A stretch of 64,000 bases of DNA, from assembly GCA_965232875.1 (NCBI GenBank), contig OZ247431.1, positions 1,720,376-1,784,375 of the forward strand. The letters are read 5' to 3'. Positions 60,378 to 64,000 of this stretch are shown in pieces (positions within the stretch are counted from its first letter, which is position 1; each line of letters begins with the position of its first letter). The DNA is from Dehalococcoidia bacterium (lineage in GTDB: Bacteria; Chloroflexota; Dehalococcoidia; Bin125). The position numbers and the translations under genes were made by a program. The notes under the pieces are model-generated. The model was given only the letters and a program-made list of their open reading frames with translations. It was not told the origin of the DNA and searched no databases.

Positions 60378-62101
60378 GTGGTCGCCCCTCCGCCACCGCT
60401 ACCTCGCGGCCGGACGGTCATCTGTCTCACGCCGAACGGTCGCAAGCCGCGCACCCAACCGGTGCTGGCGGCGATAGTCATGAAGTTGCGAGTCACGAAA
60501 ATCACCGTGACAAAACTGAAGCCCGTGCCGACCAGCAGCGCCAGCGCGAACGACTTAATCAAGTTCTGGTTCAGCGCATCGGCGAACAGCCAGAGGATGG
60601 CAACGGTGATAATCGTGGAGACGTTTCCGTCGCGAATCGCCGGCCAGGCGCGAGCCCAGGCGGTCTCGACCGCGCCGGAGATACTTCGCCCGAGACGCAA
60701 CTCTTCCTTGAGGCGCTCGAAGATCAGCACATTGCCGTCAACGGCGAACCCAATCGACAACACCAGGCCGGCAACACCGGCGAGGGTCAGCGTGATCGGC
60801 ACGAGCTTGAACGTCGCCATGACGCCGGCTGCATAGACGATCAGCGCCAAGGCGGCCACGACTCCAGGGACGCGATAGTAGATCATCATGAAGACCACGA
60901 TGGCCAGGAAGGCAACCACACCGGCTTGCACCGTGTCGATCACCGAGTCTTCGCCCAGCGTTGCGGCGACTTCGGTGCTCTGCAGGACGCGCAGGTTGAT
61001 CGGCAAGGCGCCGGCTCGGAGCTGTCGTCGCAGAGTGAGCGCATCTTCCTCTGACAGTCCATTGATGATGCCGCTGTCGGAAATGACTGCATTGACCGAC
61101 GGGCTGGAGATCAGCCGGCCATCAACGAAGATTCCCAGCAGTCCGCGGCTCTCGAACAGCCGCCGCGTGATCTGCTCCATCAGCCGCGCGCCTTCGTCAT
61201 CGAATTCAAAGGTCAACGCCGGCGAACCGCCCTGGTCGATCGTTCTGGAAATCGAGTTGGCAATCAGGTGTCGTCCGGTGAGTTGCACCGTCTCACCTTC
61301 GGCGTTGATTCCCACAGCGGGTAGCCAGCGCAAGCCCTCACCGACGATCACATCTTCGTCCGGTGGTGCGATGAAGAATGGGTCGGCGCGACGAACAAAA
61401 CGGTCGTCATTGAGTGGGAGCGTCGTATCCCAGACATCGTCGATTGCGGCGCCAATCTGCAGCCTGTCCAGTTGTCGCGGCGGCTGTGGCTGCGCCTGAT
61501 CGATGGAGCGGAATTCCAACAACGCCGTCGAACCAACGAGGTCCGAGGCTTCATCGGCGTCGACTCCGGGAATCTGCGCATTGATCCGGTCCGTGCCGAC
61601 GACCGTGACTTCCGCCTCAGAGATACCAAAGCCGTTGACGCGCTCTTCGATCACGCGCTGTGATTCAGCCACCGCCTCCTCGAGCGAAGCATCGTCAACA
61701 TCGAGCGGCAACACGATCTCGGAGATGTTGTCAGGCAGCGGCAGATCGTAGGATTCCGCTTCGAGATCGGCGAGGCGTGGGTTCAGATCGAGGAGCACAT
61801 CCAGCTCGACGCCCTCGCGCTCAAGAAACTGGTTGAGTGACTCTCCGCGTCGAACGGGCGCGGCCTCGCCGGCGACTTCCAGCGTGATCGAAACGCCGCC
61901 GGCCAGGTCGAGACCGAGCCGGAATTCGTCGCGTGTCCAGTCGCCGACGCTGACGCCGCCGCCCTCGGGCCAGGGGATGAAGCTGGGCAAATAGCGATCT
62001 GGATTGCCCGGCCAGGATGCCGCAACGGCGAAGGCAGTCAGGATGATGATCAGCGCGAAGACATAGACATCGCGGAATTTGAAGCGTCTGATGAAATCCA
62101 T
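60374..62101 (-). CDS. secD: Protein translocase subunit SecD
   Basis: 575 aa, large periplasmic domain plus 6-TM SecD_SecF C-terminal region. Confidence 0.9.
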   Translation of the reverse strand: MDFIRRFKFRDVYVFALIIILTAFAVAASWPGNPDRYLPSFIPWPEGGGVSVGDWTRDEFRLGLDLAGGVSITLEVAGEAAPVRRGESLNQFLEREGVELDVLLDLNPRLADLEAESYDLPLPDNISEIVLPLDVDDASLEEAVAESQRVIEERVNGFGISEAEVTVVGTDRINAQIPGVDADEASDLVGSTALLEFRSIDQAQPQPPRQLDRLQIGAAIDDVWDTTLPLNDDRFVRRADPFFIAPPDEDVIVGEGLRWLPAVGINAEGETVQLTGRHLIANSISRTIDQGGSPALTFEFDDEGARLMEQITRRLFESRGLLGIFVDGRLISSPSVNAVISDSGIINGLSEEDALTLRRQLRAGALPINLRVLQSTEVAATLGEDSVIDTVQAGVVAFLAIVVFMMIYYRVPGVVAALALIVYAAGVMATFKLVPITLTLAGVAGLVLSIGFAVDGNVLIFERLKEELRLGRSISGAVETAWARAWPAIRDGNVSTIITVAILWLFADALNQNLIKSFALALLVGTGFSFVTVIFVTRNFMTIAASTGWVRGLRPFGVRQMTVRPRGSGGGGATT

Positions 62102-62355
62102 CGCCTGAACGGCCGCCCATCAACCGCTGCTGCCCGACGCCATCGGAGCGCGGAGCTTTTCTGATCGCTTAGCGAACTGTATCCCGCTTATGTCGGTTCA
62201 GCATAGGTATCAGCGTCGTTGTAATCAGCCAACCAGTGTCCGTGGAGGTCAACAAAGCGGATCGGGTGGCTCGAAGGCCACTTATGGAGAATTCCCTCAT
62301 ATCCGCGCTCCGCCGCTGACTTCTTCACGATTCCAACGTTCGTTTACCACGCTTC

Positions 62356-62390
62356 GAGATTCCCGCGTCGGAGCGCGGGAATGACGGAAG
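62356..62390. repeat. Hairpin element GAGATTCCCGCG-TCGGAG-CGCGGGAATGACGGAAG
   Basis: Same stem as the 731 copy with a different loop. 16 bp downstream of the yajC stop. Confidence 0.75.
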
Positions 62391-62405
62391 AGATTGGGGG
62401 CGGAT

Positions 62406-62732
62406 CTACCGGGACTCCTGTTCGGCAACATCCTCGGAATCGTCGTCATCCTCATTAGGCTCCGGGCGATCAATCCGCTCAGCGACCGCTCCGGTCCTCG
62501 CCCGCACAACGACGTTCTCCGAGAGCCTGAGCAATACGACCATTGGCCCATCCTCCGGCGTCTCCACGCCTTCAACCTCGGCGATCAGACCGCCTCGCGT
62601 CAGGACTGTGTCTCCGACACGCAGTTCATTGAGGTCCCGCTGACGCTTGCGCTCTTCTGAGCGGGTCGGACGGATGAAAAACAGATAGAACAACGCCACC
62701 ACGAGCAGCGTGATCAGAATGACTTCGGTCAT
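62406..62732 (-). CDS. yajC: Preprotein translocase subunit YajC
   Basis: Single TM, then …RVGDTVLTRGGLIAEV… typical of YajC. Confidence 0.85.
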   Translation of the reverse strand: MTEVILITLLVVALFYLFFIRPTRSEERKRQRDLNELRVGDTVLTRGGLIAEVEGVETPEDGPMVVLLRLSENVVVRARTGAVAERIDRPEPNEDDDDSEDVAEQESR

Positions 62733-64000
62733 TTCATCGTTCTCCTGGTGGCTCCTCGTGGCTCTGAGCGGCTTGCCGTCAGCTTGAGCTCCTCGGCGAG
62801 TCTGCGAGCTAACTCACGAGCTTCATGCACATCGGCGATCTCGCCAACTGCTGCGGCCTCGTCAATCTTTGCACGGATTTGCCCTACCATCGGTCCCGGC
62901 TCGAGACCGGTTGCCGCCATGATCGCGTTGCCGTCAAGGATTCGACCCGTCTTGTCAGGCCGCCGCGGCTGCCAGGCGATGACCCGTGCGACATGAGCGG
63001 CGTAAGCGCCCCAACGCAGTAGCAAGACGTTCGCGCCGGCGGTCGCCAGCGAGTCTGCCAGGAAGAGCCAGCACAATGGGATGGCCGCGTCACCCAGTGC
63101 CACGTGGAAGCGATGCAGCGCACGCTCGGTGGGCGGCTTGCCCGGCGAGTTGACCTGACCAGGACGCAGGTGCTGTTCAATCAGGATTTGCACCTGTTCG
63201 ATCGTCCTGGCCGGAACCCGCAACGCACGCATCCGACTCTGCGCCATTTCCGCCCCAAGCTCCGAATGACCAAAGAAGTGGGTCGACCCATCCGCATCCA
63301 CGGTCCGAGTCTGTGGTTTGCCGATGTCGTGCAGAAGCGTCGCCAAACGCAGCGGCAACTTCCACTCGTCGAGTCGATCCACGACTTCTTGAACACGGAA
63401 CAGAGGATCCAACTCGGCCCTGATCGCGGACGCTCTCTTGGCCCGCATCGAGGGTGGCCCTGTTGGGGCTGTCAATCTCGTCAGCCAACGGACCGCGTCA
63501 AGCTGATGCCAGAACACGTCACGACGATGAACAGGACGCTGACTCACGGCGCGACACAGCCCCAGTTCAGGAACGATCACGTCCAGTAAACCACTCTGCT
63601 CCAGGCGTCGCAGGGCCCAGGGCAATCGGTCGCTGACCAGAATGCGTTGCAGTTCATCCCACTGCCGCTCAGCCGCCGAGCTGGAAATCAGGGCCGAGTC
63701 GCGGCGCATGGCCGCTCGAAGCTCAAGATCGGGTCTCCAGTCGCGTTCCGCTTCCAACCGCACGGCGCGGAGCATGCGCAGGGGATCGTCGCGCAACGCA
63801 TCATCTGTCACTAGTCGCAGCCGTCGATCGGCAATGTCAGCCCGCCCACCAAACGGATCGATCAGGTGAGCGGCAATCTCACCACGCCGAAACTGGACCA
63901 GCGGGACAGCCATCGCATTGACCGTGAAGTCCCGACGGCGCAGATCGCGGTCGAGATCATCTTCGTGAAGATCCCAGACATCAATCTGTCCATCTTCCAG
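62729..64000 (-). CDS. tRNA nucleotidyltransferase/poly(A) polymerase-family protein with HD domain (CCA-adding-like). N-terminus beyond window end.
   Basis: …RDFTVNAMAV… head-domain motif continues upstream of the listed Met. HD motif …LLHDIGK…. Confidence 0.7.
   Translation of the reverse strand: MEDGQIDVWDLHEDDLDRDLRRRDFTVNAMAVPLVQFRRGEIAAHLIDPFGGRADIADRRLRLVTDDALRDDPLRMLRAVRLEAERDWRPDLELRAAMRRDSALISSSAAERQWDELQRILVSDRLPWALRRLEQSGLLDVIVPELGLCRAVSQRPVHRRDVFWHQLDAVRWLTRLTAPTGPPSMRAKRASAIRAELDPLFRVQEVVDRLDEWKLPLRLATLLHDIGKPQTRTVDADGSTHFFGHSELGAEMAQSRMRALRVPARTIEQVQILIEQHLRPGQVNSPGKPPTERALHRFHVALGDAAIPLCWLFLADSLATAGANVLLLRWGAYAAHVARVIAWQPRRPDKTGRILDGNAIMAATGLEPGPMVGQIRAKIDEAAAVGEIADVHEARELARRLAEELKLTASRSEPRGATRRTMK

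Overview
High-GC bacterial chromosomal window (64 kb). It carries families of G-rich and palindromic intergenic repeats, some of which translate to 'PLPEGEG'. Those repeats are reminiscent of Chloroflexota/Thermomicrobia-type genomes; this is a suggestion, not a proof. Content, left to right: (1) A catabolic cluster: PhyH dioxygenase, a CMD-family protein, an 861-aa fused tandem CoA-transferase III, an acyl-CoA-dehydrogenase-like protein and a class-III aminotransferase. (2) An AT-richer islet with small paralogous membrane proteins. (3) An MFS (DHA2) transporter gene that is destroyed by a precisely delimited 2.35-kb IS1595-family element. The element has 25-bp terminal IRs, an 8-bp TSD ATGATGAA, a transposase and two passenger genes; the MFS gene also carries an additional frameshift. 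(4) An amidohydrolase, a thiolase, a Uma2 nuclease, and an AT-rich two-gene restriction-modification candidate: a beta-class SPPY methyltransferase plus a PD-x9-DxK nuclease. (5) Cu amine oxidase, a DABA-type aminotransferase, penicillin acylase, a membrane-anchored PBP, ketopantoate reductase and YbaK. (6) Two Opp/Dpp-like ABC importer cassettes without ATPase genes. (7) A three-gene type-E-like succinate dehydrogenase (SdhA/SdhB/CCG-protein). (8) Housekeeping genes: nudix, GNAT, recN, nadK, tlyA, clpX, clpP, tig, aspS, hemW, qor, selB, secF, secD, yajC and a partial CCA/polyA-polymerase-family gene. The most unusual non-coding features are a ~620-bp ORF-free nested tandem repeat array at 39291-39916 and a related hairpin family with compensatory stem changes. 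Every copy of that family sits just 3' of a minus-strand gene. Coordinates for non-ORF features were counted by hand and may be off by 1-2 bp.
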